In this document: piece after piece, positions 28,504 to 39,959 of the stretch
How the letters are laid out: each line of letters begins with the position of its first letter
Position numbering within the stretch: the first letter of the stretch is position 1
Source: Enoplolaimus lenunculus
Taxonomy: Eukaryota
Length of the DNA stretch: 64,000 nt
Reading direction: 5' to 3'
NCBI GenBank assembly: GCA_030248215.1
Contig: JASANG010001414.1
Location: 186,001-250,000 of the forward strand
The notes under the pieces: generated by a model
What the model saw: the letters and a program-made list of their open reading frames with translations, nothing else
Databases searched by the model: none
Told to the model about the DNA's origin: nothing
Translations under genes and position numbers: made by a program

Positions 28504-29671
28504 TGTGAGAAGTTCGTGATTTTGACTAAGCCCTGTATCCTGTATCTCCTGTATAGTTCTTTACCTCGATGTATGCTTATCGCTCTGATTTAGTAAAACG
28601 CGGCCGGTAAATGTTTACTGAACCCCAACCCAAATCCTGGATAATACCAATGTTCAATATTTAATACCAGTAAATCACAGGTTATGCAATTTAACTGGGT
28701 TTAATCCAGCCACTGGCATTACCGTTCCCAATACTTTTGCCGTTTTCCAGAATCCGTGTAATTCTAACCCCGTTAGAATCACACCCTGTTAAACCGTGTA
28801 CTCTAACCCCGTTAGAGTTACACCAAATTTCCGACCAATCTAACCCCGTTAGATTTGGCCCAGCCGTTGTAGAATAATAAATCTAACCCCGTTAGATTTA
28901 TTACACTACTTTTCCCAGGTTCCCTTAAATATCCCAAGTTTACTTTAACACATGCCACCAGTATTCTATACTGGGTAATTCCGCGCCTTGCGCAATGCCG
29001 ATTAAATCCGTAATGCCGTAATTTCCTTCACATCCTTAAGCCACCGTGACAAACTTAACCAAGTTCAAGTTCAATCTTACTTACTCAAGATATGTTGGTA
29101 CTCCGTCAATCCGTAAGTCACGTAAAATAAATTGTAACAATACACTCGCCGAAGATATAGAAAAACGCACCAAATCCTACCAGCTATGACTATGATACTG
29201 ATTCCGGTCCTGGCTACCCATATGCATCTCGACCTCATTTGCATTTTGCCGACACCCACAATTGGGTGTCCGCTATGTGGTTGAGGTCCAGAGCCACACA
29301 CCCTGTACAACACTCCATCTACAACAACAACAACAATAACCGGTACAACACCCAATAACAAAGCACCATTGCGGTGCTGACATAGCCTAGCTATGTCGTT
29401 ATTAGCAGATATAGCCAACTCTGAATACAACATTAATCAGCCACATTATACGGCCACGCAGGGCCCAGGTAAGTTTGACATTGCGGACACAGCCGCCATA
29501 GCATCGATTTTAACATTTTCTACGCTTTGTAGCCACGCCTAAGCCTAACTTAAGTTCTAAGAGAGACAAGGTGGAGCCAGGGACTCCCTTAAGTGTGGTT
29601 TTGATTTAAGGTTTTATTTTAGTTTTAGTTTTTAGTTTGAAATGGGTTTAAGTGTGGCACAGCCACCTACA
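28504..29671 (-). repeat. 3' LTR (1168 bp)
   Basis: Plus strand TGTGAGAAG...CCACCTACA. By eye it differs from 38429-39633 by about 14 substitutions, a 40-bp deletion and one extra CAA unit. Confidence 0.95.
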
Positions 29672-29681
29672 TCCCCCTTCG
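29672..29681 (-). promoter_or_regulatory. Polypurine tract (PPT)
   Basis: Minus strand reads GAAGGGGGA immediately before the TG of the 3' LTR. Confidence 0.75.
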
Positions 29682-29849
29682 GCACAGATGCCGACCCTGG
29701 CATCGAACAAATTTTATGGCCCTATTTACTGCCTTTTTTGCCGTCGCTAAAAAGCGTAAATCCACCCAATAACAACAATTAATAACAATAACAAACAACA
29801 ATTTTTAATCATAACCCCAAAATACAATCAAAAGTTCATTACCACTCAC

Positions 29850-32800
29850 TTAAAAATGTCTCCGCCGCAGTTCACGAGGGACGTCTGCATAATAGGCGTC
29901 CAATTCTTCCTGTGTCACCCACGGATTGTCGCGTCCCAACGATCGCGACGCCCGTTGTTGCTGCTGTTGTCGTTCTATTTGACGACTTTCTCGCATTGCC
30001 TGTCGTACGTTCTCCACTTGCTGACTATAATAGCCGCGTCCCGACGCCGCTTGCGGTTGTCCCACGCGACCGCCAACTCGTACCGGGTACCGCTTGTCCG
30101 ACACTTGCCGGACACGCGGCCGTACCCCTGACGTCCCAGCAGGTGGACTACCAGCCACCCCCTGCGTTACCATTCCAGATCCCCGGTACCCAGGCGCTGT
30201 CTGTGATCGCACAGCCGATGCACTATACACCGGATTCGCCTGCCTCGGTCCGATTTTACTCACCACCGACCCTGCAGCCGGTCGTACATATCCGCCCGTT
30301 GGTCTCTTCGGACTAACGCGCGCCCTCTGGGCCATTGCCCTTCTCCTCGCATCCTTGTCGAATCTCCATTTCAACTTTCCGTTCGGCCCTCGCACCGCGA
30401 TATATCCCAGTGCCGGTGGCTGACCCAGACTCGTGCTCGGTTTTTCCTCTGACTCCGACTGCGACCTCACCTTTTTAGGTTGCAGTGTTATCAACTCCTC
30501 CCATAACAACTCTTTCGACTTCTCCTGTGCCTTCGCCTCCTCCTGCTTCTGTATCCGTGGTGACCTCCTTGGCGTCAGCTTCCCTTCTGACCCCTCTTTC
30601 TCTGCCGGCGGAGGCGTCACATACCCCTCCGCCCGCGTTTCCTCTTTCTTCGCCTGCAACGTCACCACCGGTTTCTTTTGTTGCTTTTCCGGAGACGGAG
30701 TTGGCCCTGCTTCCTCCAGCACGTCAAACTCCCCCTCACTCACCGGCTCAAATTCCATTTTCCTTTTCTCCTCCGCCTGTTCGCCGGCCGATTCCGCCTG
30801 CGATTCGGACCGCGTACGAGCTTTGCTCGGACCCGGCTGCACTCCTTCCTGTCCTGCTTCCTGTGTATCCATTGGCTCCGGTCCTCGAGCCGCGTTTTCC
30901 AGGTCGTCGAACAAATACCCTCGACACAAGTCCAGGGCCCTCCTGTTTACTTCGGCAATCCTGGCCAACTCCTCCGTCTCCTTCCGGTCATAATCTTACA
31001 CCATATCCACCAGTTGCTTTCTCGATTCCTCATCCGGTTTTTATTCTCCGGATATGCGTATACCTCCGGGAACCATAGTGCCAAATTCGCTATAGCTCGC
31101 AGCGTGCTCGCTGCCAGCAACTTCTCCGTCTCCTTCTGTACCTCTTTCTGTAACGGCAGCAACTGTAATTTCATTTCTGCCCTTACCGTAGGATCCTTCG
31201 GCACCATTGCCTTTAAGTTTTCCCGTTCTAACTTCCTCCGGAGCGTCCAATACTTTTGATTCGCATGCCCGGGCCATAATCATGGGCCTTATCCTTGCTA
31301 CCTGCGGATCCTTTGGCTTGTCGAACAGTTGCATGATCACATGAGCCGACAGCGTTACAAAGAAATCCGCCGGTGCTCTTCCCCAATGCAGACCGCGCGT
31401 GACCACTGCACGTGCCGCCGCCTCTCTCACTATCCTTGCAAACCATCTCATCACCGCCTGATACACCTGTGGCTCTATATCCACCATGCGGAATAAACAC
31501 GCCGCTAAGCCGCGCTCCGCATAATTCAGGCACTCTAACCATTCCGATATCAAGGCCTCCTTTCTCAAATAGAATTCGAACGCCTTGATTGCTGCCGTCG
31601 CCCAGTGGACCGCTAAATGCCGCAACACGTCCTTCGGTAACCCTACACCCGGTTCTTCCGGCGAATCGTTTCCTTCGAAGTAATTCGCATGCAGCACCTG
31701 TTGATAACCAGCCTTATAGTTGATCAACATGTGCCCCCTTGGCAAGATGACCATGTCCGGAAAAGCAATTATGCCCCTCCCGGGTCGCCTTGTCCGTTGT
31801 GCAATCTGCCAGGCCGTTTGGCCTCGCGCCTCCTGTCTCCTTTGTCCACCCATTGTCCGCGGCACATCCTTTTCACCTATCACTTGCACCGACGCTACCT
31901 CATCCTCTGTGCCGCCGGACAACTCCACTTCCTCAACGTCCATGCGCACCGTTTTCCGTGCACGTCCCGGCGTTAGAGACCTCTGTCTCTTCAACGCTCC
32001 CTTTTGACTCGCAGACGTCCTATCGTCGGACGGCTCCAGTGACTCTTCCCATCTATCCCCAGCGACTCTCTTTCTCAACATGTCATTTTCCTCGGTCAAT
32101 TTCTGCACCTGGTTCTCCAGCTGCCTCTTTTCTCCAACGAGCGTCATGACCTCCTCCAATGCCTTATTCAACTTTTCCATCATCACCTGACGCTCGGTTT
32201 CCTTCTCATTTACTTTTTCCTCAGTCCGCCTCACCAGCTGTTCCGCACCGGACACATGCTCGTGAGCCCTCTGCCACTGATCTCCAGCCGCTAAAACCGC
32301 TGTTTCCAGTTCCACAATCCTTGTCCGGTTCTGCGTTACGCGTTCCGCGTAACCCAGCAAATCTCTCCATGCCTCTACAGCAAACTCCTGATATGCCCAC
32401 AGCTTATTAGCCATGGACATTGCCTCGATATCCGTTTCCTTCCGCAGCGTCCAATTTCCTTCTAAGTCCCGTACATTTGCCTGTACCATCGCGTACGAGC
32501 TCTCGATTTCTGCAACCCCGAATCCCCCTGGTGGGCACATTCTGGTCAACGCTGCGTTCAACCTTTCAATTAACTCTTTATCCTGTAACTGCCTGTTCTC
32601 GATGTCCCGCTTCAATGCTTCCTCGAGAAACAACGCCGGACTATACTCTGCCAAACCCGACCCTGCTTTCGGAGGGTCCGGTACCATCTCTGCCCAATAC
32701 ACTCCTTTCGGCAACGGCGGTGGAGGAGGAGTTACACACGGCTGCGCTAGGAAGGGCGAACCTTCCACGACCGATGAAGTATCCGTCGGCATCCGTGGGT

Positions 32801-35800
32801 ACCTCCCCTCCTGATATGCCTCCGGATCCAGCACTCTCCATTCCTTTTTAACCGAAGCGCGGTCCAATGCGCTTCCGCTATCCACCAGCTGTTTCCCTTT
32901 TCCTACTCCTTTTCCTTTTCCGATTGCCTCTGGTGTGCACAACTGGTCCACACCTGGCTTAGCCGATGGCATATCCATCCGCTCCGCTCCTTTCTCCGCC
33001 GTTCCCGTATCCATTTGTTCCTCCTCGCTTGACCCATTCAAGTTCACCTCCACTACGCCTTCCTTCTTTTTCCATTTCTTTTTCTTTCCATCTGTTTTCT
33101 CTACAGGTGACGTCGCTGTCGACGCCCCCCGACTTGACACACTCGATCGCTTCTGAGCCTCGCCTGACGATGTAGGTTCTCCTTCCGAAACCTCCATCTC
33201 CGTTACATTACTTCCTCTGGTAGACACTGACGCGATCCGCTGTGTGCGATTTTCCTCCAGACGCAGCTCCTCTGCCTCTGTCCATACATTAGCTATAACA
33301 GCTAGCTTCGCCAAATTCATAACCGAAGGCAACGGATCCTCATGAATTTTCCGTATCCGTATACTAGGTGCCCCACTATCCTGCGCTGCGGCCGTAGGTG
33401 ACGATATACACGGCCCCAGGACTTCCTTTTGCCTCTGTAATATCACCGGTCCTTGTACCTGATTACTACTCGCTGACGTCATCGGAGGTAACGGTGCGTT
33501 CAACCCCGGTATCGGTAAGCGATTTGCCCGAAAACATTCGTGCGACGGGTGATTTGTCCTGTTGCAATGAACGCAAGGCGGGAATCTCCCTCCTTGCCCT
33601 CCTTGTGCCTGTCCTTGCCTGTTTCCAGCGTTGCCAGCATTATTCTGCTGCACCGCGGCTCCACTTGCACCCTGTCTACTCGCCTTTACTGGACATTCTC
33701 GTGCTATATGTCCCTGTCCTTCACAAAAGAAGCATGATCCGACTTCCCTTAATTTCCTGACCCGCTCTGAATCCCGTGGCACTTGGTCAGATACAGCCTG
33801 CTGACCCTGTCCTGAACCCTGTGCCTCCGTTTGCTCCTGGTTATTCACACGAGCTCGTCTTGCCTGCTGTCGCCGCGCATTCCCGGCGCCAGTATTTTGC
33901 CTTGCCTGTTGTGCATTCGTCGCACCCGTTTGTTGTTCCTGTTTCAACTCCATTATACTCCCTTTTTCCTTCACGTTCAACGTGCCGTCAGCTTCAAGTT
34001 GCCTCAGCAACTTCAAGGCACGGCGCCGCAACTCCTCAAACGACTCTACTATACCCAGCTGCAGCCGTTGTTTCATTTCCGGGAACGAGTTGTTCACAAA
34101 TGTCTGACACAACAAGTCCCTGCTTTCCTCCGTATTCGCAAACTGTTTCTCCAAATATCTTACCCAGTAAGACTGCAGCACGTCAGCGTATTAGCTCACG
34201 TCCCCTTTTTGCCTGATCCTCTGGAACGCTGCCATTCTATTCGACTGGTCCGTCGATTCTCCAAACCTTTCCTGGAATTCGCGCACTAATTGCCCGAACT
34301 CCTCTGAGCCGTATGGTCCATACCGCTCTTCCAAAATATTCAAATATTGGTCAGCCAGTCCTTTCACATGATTCCTGAAGTGATTTATTTTGGACTCGCT
34401 GTCGACAATTTTAGCCGTCTGCATTACCCGTTCAAATTTCCTGTACCGGATTCCAAAGTCTGAATTGCCTTCGAAATTTTGCAACGGCAATTTCTGCGGC
34501 ATTTTCACCACGATCTGTGGTGCACCCTGATTCGCGTACCCCATATGCTGTGGTACCCGATACTCGCCTATCGGTAACCCATAGGGACAGGGTGGGGTGC
34601 CACCCCTCCTTTCGGCAACTCCTGATTTCCCATCGACATCGAGCAGGCTTGTTCCCCTGCTCCATGCATTCGCGTAGCTTCCCGGTACTCCTTCGTCACA
34701 GATTGCCGGTTAACTTCATCCTTATTTGACACCCGACTAATTCTGCCTGATCTGTGACTCTGCCTTGACTCCGGCCTCTGACCCATTTCACTCTCTAATT
34801 TACTCCACAATTTTCGAAACTTCTCACTATGTTTCGACTTCAGACCCCGTTCGAATGCCCGAGTCAATTCCTTGATTTCGTCATCCTCCTCTTCTGATTC
34901 CTGAATAGACGTCGCTCTCGAGCGTGCTTGAGGCACCCCCGGACTGCGACCTCTATCTTCTTCCACCACCTTCACACTATCCTGACTCCGTGCTCCTATT
35001 CCTTGCACCTGGGTGGAAGCCTGTTGTCGCTGCAACCTGTGAGAAGTTCGTGATTTTGCCTTAATCCGGTATCCTGTATCGCCTGTTATGTTCTTTATCT
35101 CGATGTATGCTTATCGCTCTGATATAGAAAAGCCCGCCGGATATTTTTTTATTTTCCCCCCCACCCCAAACCCCATAACACCCAATATACAATATACACT
35201 ACCAGCACATAACACATTTTACACATTTACCCTCACCCCCCGCCCCCAATCCCTCACCCCACCTCTTTATTCTTTTCTTCCCCCCACCTCCTTTCCCCCC
35301 CCCACCCCCTTTTTCCTTTTCCCTCACCCCCCCCACCCCTACCCCTTGATATCCTTATCCCTTCTTATCTCCCCCCCCCCCCCCCCTTCCCCCCCTCCCC
35401 CCCTCTTTCCCCCCCCCCCCACCCCCCCCACCACCCCGTAAAACCGTGTACTCTAACCCCGTTAGAGTTACACCAAGTTTCCGACCAATCTAACCCCGTT
35501 AGATTTGGCCCAGCCGTTGTAGAATAATAAATCTAACCCCGTTAGATTTATTAGACTACTTTTCCCAGGTTCCCTTAAATACCCCAAGTTTCCCTTTTAG
35601 CACATAACACCAGTACCAATACTGGGTAAATTCTGCGCCCTGCGCAACACAACTATATCCGTAATGCCTGATTTCCTTCACATCCTTCAGCCTCCGTGAC
35701 AAGTCTTAACCGAATTCGACTAAGCCTTACTTACCCAAGTCCGCTACTTTCCAAGAGATTCGCAATAAACACCGTAAAAACTGTAGAAATACACAAGCCG

Positions 35801-36985
35801 ATAATTGTAAATTCGCGCACCGATTTCAACTAGCCAGAAGTAGATTACTGATTCCGGTCCTGGCTACCCATTTCGGCATCTCGACCTCATTTGCATTTTT
35901 GCCGACACCCACAATTGGGTGTCCGCAATGCGGTTGAGGTCCAGAGCCACACATCCGGTACCTTCAACAACAACAACAATAACTGGAGACACACACAAGA
36001 ACAAAGCACCATATTGGTGCTGACATAGCCTAGCTATGTCCTTATTCGCAGATCCAGCCAACTAAATATGCGATACTAATCAACAAGTACTAAATGGCCA
36101 CGCAGGGCCCCAGGTAAGTTACATTGCGGACACAGCCGCCATAGCATAGTTTTACAAATTTCTACGCCTTGTAGCAACGCCTAAGCCTAACTTAAGTTCT
36201 AAGAGAGACTAGGTGGAGCCAGGGACTCCCTTAAGGTGTGGTTTTGATATAGGGTTTTATTTTATAGTTTTAGTTTTTAGTTTGAAATAGGTTTAAGTGT
36301 GGCATAGCCACCTACACAACCCATGCCCCATGGACATGCGTTGTTCCACTGACCAGTTTGCCAACGGCCCATCCATTTCTAATTGTGGATGCGGCCTGAT
36401 CATGTTTATCCCGCGCGACGGCTCCGTCCCGCTATATGCCTGAGTCCATCTCATGCCTGTTTCCGAACTATTTCCTTCCATCATAACCGGGTTCGGCAAT
36501 GCGTATCTCGGTTCTGGGCGACATGCGCCCGAATCCTCCAAATCCTGTCTCTCGTTCTGATATTCCGCTGTCATCCGAGGATAGAACATGCCTGAATCTA
36601 CAACACCGCCATGTCCTATGCTTCCCTCCGATGCATAAGCGAGTCTATGACTCCCTTGCCGTATGCCTGTATCCTCTTGCCCTCTCATTCCGGTATGCTG
36701 CGCGTCTAACGTCGTTAGACCCGGCGCCCTTATCTCCATCGCCTGTGCTCCTCGCGCAATCATAGTCGATTGCCCGGATATGCCGTTCCCATTCGTCTGG
36801 AATACTGATTCAAGTGATTCCTGACGACACATTGTACTTGGTAACGAAATCTCTTCGATTTCCTTACCCTGTTCCGCCAGAAGCTCGCGTGACATACTTC
36901 GTGTTGTCACCCTGCTTTCACGCGCCGTAGCCCGTGCTACTGATTCCTGTTCTGCTGCCGTAGTCGGGGTCCTGTACAACGGCAT
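29850..36985 (-). pseudogene. gag: Disrupted ~1950-codon Gag-plus-unknown polyprotein ORF
   Basis: Starts at ATG 36985 (MPLYRTPTT). Removing the nested LTR and one TSD copy rejoins ...MSMGHGL|QRQQAST... in frame. Lesions: frameshift near 34580, in-frame TAA at 34191 (QKGDVS*YADVLQ), compensating frameshifts near 31265 and 31040, in-frame TAA at 30996. Capsid-like region LQNFEGNSDF...FQERFG...QRIRQKGDVS.Y...TFVNNS; knuckles CFFCEGQGHIAREC (33693-33734) and CVHCNRTNHPSHEC (33534-33575). Confidence 0.88.
35038..36316 (-). mobile_element. Solo LTR of a related subfamily nested in gag
   Basis: Same termini (TGTGAGAAG...CCACCTACA) but clearly more diverged than the two flanking LTRs are from each other; own perfect 5-bp TSD CAACC (35033-35037 and 36317-36321). 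Confidence 0.92.
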
Positions 36986-37790
36986 TCTCCTTCTCCAAAA
37001 TCGCACTTTCAGCCAATCTCTGTAAACTATTTCCCACACCAGTGTTATTGTGTTTTATATATAAAACACCACTTTTCAGAACGGCCAATTTTTCGTAATT
37101 TTTGGCCCAAAACTTTTTGTCCGGTTCAAAATTTCTTTCAAGAACGTGCTCTGGGTATTTACGAACTATACAGTTCCTAAATATTTCGACCCCAAGCACC
37201 TTCGACGCTTTTTCGACCTTTTCACTTAGCTACTCCCGAGATTCCGTTCAACAGCCCTATTCAGTCACTGAATACGGCACCCGATTTGGAAACTTGCGGC
37301 GTAGCCCCAAGCAAAATGTTCCTAAATCGTTCCTTGAACTCCTTTTCAACTTTTGTTCACGTTTGCCAGCCGCTATCCCGCGTCAGGCAGACTTTCAGCT
37401 CCGGTTTTCACCCGAGATTGCTCCTTATTAGCTAGCTACTTGTTACAAGTACCTAGATTTCGTGCCGGCACCAACCGAATTTTCCGTAAACCCTTATACG
37501 CAAGTGTTAAGGGTTTACTTCCGTCCTTGATATACCCTGAGTCCAATGCCGTATCCTTTTTGCCTTTCTCGCACCTTTTCACGTCACCAGGTCCAAAAAC
37601 AACTGAATTTTTGACAATTTTTCAGATGTTTTTGACCAATACTGCCGATGCCTGTAACCGTTCCGTTTCAAATTTTAACCCGGTACTTACGAACACAATA
37701 GTTCCTAAGTATACCAATTTCACCAGTTTCTGACCGTTTTTCCCAATTTTCGTCTCTTCACCCCGGGGATTTTCACTTCCAATTCGCCTG

Positions 37791-38270
37791 TTCCTGAACT
37801 AGTTCCACGTACTTGCGGCACAGCCCCAAGTATAACCGTCGAACTAATTCGCAACCTGTCCTGTCCGGTAATGTCAGTATCTATTGCCCTTTCGCGCACT
37901 AGATACTCACAGCCCAATATCGCCTTTTTCCTTTTTACGCCTGATTTCGATCCGTTACTCCTGAACCAGTTCCACGTACCTACTTGCGGCACAGCCCCAA
38001 GTATAACCGTCGAACTAATTCACAGCCTGTACTACCCAGTAACGTCAGTATCTATTGCCCTTTCGCGCACTAGATACTCACAGCCCGATGTCACCGATTT
38101 CCTTTTTCGCCTGATTTCAATCCGTTACTCCTGAACCAGTTCCACGTACTTGCGGCACAGCCCCAAGTATAACCGTCGAACTAATTCACAGCCTGTACTA
38201 TCCAGTAATGTCAGTATCTATTGCCCTTTCGCGCACTAGATACCCACAGCCCAATTTCCTTTTCCGCCCG
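37791..38270. repeat. Three-copy ~169-bp tandem repeat in the retroelement 5' leader
   Basis: Unit TCCTGAAC.AGTTCCACGTACTTGCGGCACAGCCCCAAGTATAACCGTCGAACTAATTC... starts at ~37792, 37959 and 38129. Confidence 0.9.
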
Positions 38271-38410
38271 TACTCCCTGTTATTTTCCACAACACGATCG
38301 TTCAGATCCTGTGTTTCCAATAACAACCTTTTCCTTTTACTCTCCAGAAATTCCTTTCTCCTTTTTCCAACTATTTCCTTTCACACCGACCACCAACTAA
38401 ATCAGCTTCG

Positions 38411-38428
38411 AGACCGTCGTGGTCACCA
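38411..38428 (-). promoter_or_regulatory. Primer-binding site, tRNA-Trp-like
   Basis: Minus strand directly after the 5' LTR reads TGGTGACCACGACGGTCT, close to the avian retrovirus tRNA-Trp PBS TGGTGACCCCGACGTG; tRNA identity is inferred. Confidence 0.7.
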
Positions 38429-39633
38429 TGTGAGAAGTTCGTGATTTTGACTAAGCCCTGTATCCTGTATCTCCTGTATAGTTCTTTACCTCGATGTATG
38501 CTTATCGCTCTGATTTAGTGAAACGCGGCCGGTAAATGTTTACTGAACCCCAACCCAAATCCTGGATAATACCAATGTTCAATATTTAATACCAGTAAAT
38601 CACAGGTTATGCAATTTAACTGGCAACCCGAGCCGGAATCCTTACAGCCGACGCCTGAATCTGGTTTAATCCAGCCACTGGCATTACCGTTCCCAATACT
38701 TTTGCCGTTTTCCAGAATCCGTGTAATTCTAACCCCGTTAGAATCACACCCTGTTAAACCGTGTACTCTAACCCCGTTAGAGATACACCAAATTTCCGAC
38801 CAACCTAACCCCGTTAGATTTGGCCCAGCCGTTGTAGAATAATAAATCTAACCCCGTTAGATTTATTAGACTACTTTTCCCAGGTTCCCTTAAATATCCC
38901 AAGTTTCCATTAACACATGCCACCAGTATTCTATACTGGGTAGTTGCGCGCCTTGCGCAATGCCGATTAAATCCGTAATGCCGTAATTTCCTTCACATCC
39001 TTAAGCCACCGTGACAAACTTAACCAAGTTCAACTTCAATCTTACTTACCCAAGATATGTTGGTACTCCGTCAATCCGTAAGTCACGTAAAATAAATTGT
39101 AACAATACACTCGCCGAAGATATAGAAAAACGCACCAATTCCTACCAGCTATGACTATGATACTGATTCCGGTCCTGGCTACCCATATGCATCTCGACCT
39201 CATTTGCATTTTGCCGACACCCACAATTGGGTGTCCGCTATGCGGTTGAGGTCCAGAGCCACACACCCTGTACAACACTCCATCTACAACAACAACAATA
39301 ACCGGTACAACACCCAATAACAAAGCACCATTGCGGTGCTGACATAGCCTAGCTATGTCGTTATTAGCAGATATAGCCAACTCTGAATACAACATTAATC
39401 AGCCACATTATACGGCCACGCAGGGCCCAGGTAAGTTTGACATTGCGGACACAGCCGCCATAGCATCGATTTTAACATTTTCTACGCTTTGTAGCCACGC
39501 CTAAGCCTAACTTAAGTTCTAAGAGAGACTAGGTGGAGCCAGAGACTCCCTTAAGTGTGGTTTTGATTTAAGGTTTTATTTTAGTTTTAGTTTTTAGTTT
39601 GAAATGGGTTTAAGTGTGGCACAGCCACCTACA
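38429..39633 (-). repeat. 5' LTR (1205 bp)
   Basis: Direct repeat of 28504-29671, adjacent to the PBS and flanked by the TSD. Confidence 0.95.
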
Positions 39634-39789
39634 GGCCGGACATTGGAAGTCCGCCGGCTGGCTTATCACAGAAAAAGATAAAAAATTGGATGTTAAGATT
39701 GAATCACTGATTGAAACTACTTTGGTTCTCATGGCGGGATAAAGCGCTTCAGATGATCTGGGTTCCATTGGTTTTACAAAAATATAGTG

Positions 39790-39959
39790 AAAAAGCTGGA
39801 ATGCCCCACACACGTATTTTGGGCTACTTTCCAGCATTACTTTGCTTTTACAATAATTTCTTAGGAAATACACGTGATTGTTCTATGAAAGGAAAGTTTC
39901 CAAGAAAATTTTTGTGCTTTCGCTACTTTTGCGCACTGCGCAAAAGCTGGCAGACTAGT
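39790..39959 (+). mobile_element. Helitron-like non-autonomous element, 3' end
   Basis: Hairpin CTTTTGCGCA-C-TGCGCAAAAG (39926-39946) followed 8 nt later by CTAG|T (39955-39958); homologous to 1311-1500 in reverse. Confidence 0.55.

Larger units (their letters stand above)
28504..39633 (-). mobile_element. LTR retrotransposon (Ty3/gypsy-like Gag), non-autonomous, no recognisable pol
   Basis: LTRs 28504-29671 and 38429-39633 with TG...CA ends; perfect 5-bp TSD GGCCG (28499-28503 and 39634-39638); PBS and PPT define minus orientation; internal disrupted gag-like ORF. Confidence 0.95.

Noticed and set aside
28756..28909. CRISPR-like appearance of regularly spaced palindromic repeats
   Set aside because: Only four 15-bp cores, the intervening sequence extends the stems, the array lies inside eukaryotic LTRs, and no cas genes are present.
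29077..29433. 118-aa hydrophobic ORF repeated at 39042-39395
   Set aside because: It lies wholly within the LTRs, the poly-Val comes from a CAA microsatellite, and the frame is not kept in the sister LTR.
32871..32888. LVDSGS in the retroelement ORF, resembling an aspartic protease D(S/T)G motif
   Set aside because: It is preceded by GKGKGVGKGK rather than a hydrophobic strand, no flap or ILG.D motif follows, and the context looks disordered. A vestigial protease is not fully excluded without a profile search.
29856..34729. Many plus-strand ORFs over the retroelement interior
   Set aside because: Antisense shadows of the GC-richer minus-strand coding sequence, with no recognisable motifs.
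35088..35441. Proline-rich 117-aa ORF
   Set aside because: It is the translation of the degraded C-rich LTR segment.
36986..36996. Shine-Dalgarno-like GGAGAAGGAG before the gag ATG
   Set aside because: Eukaryotic context; purine-rich strand bias explains it.
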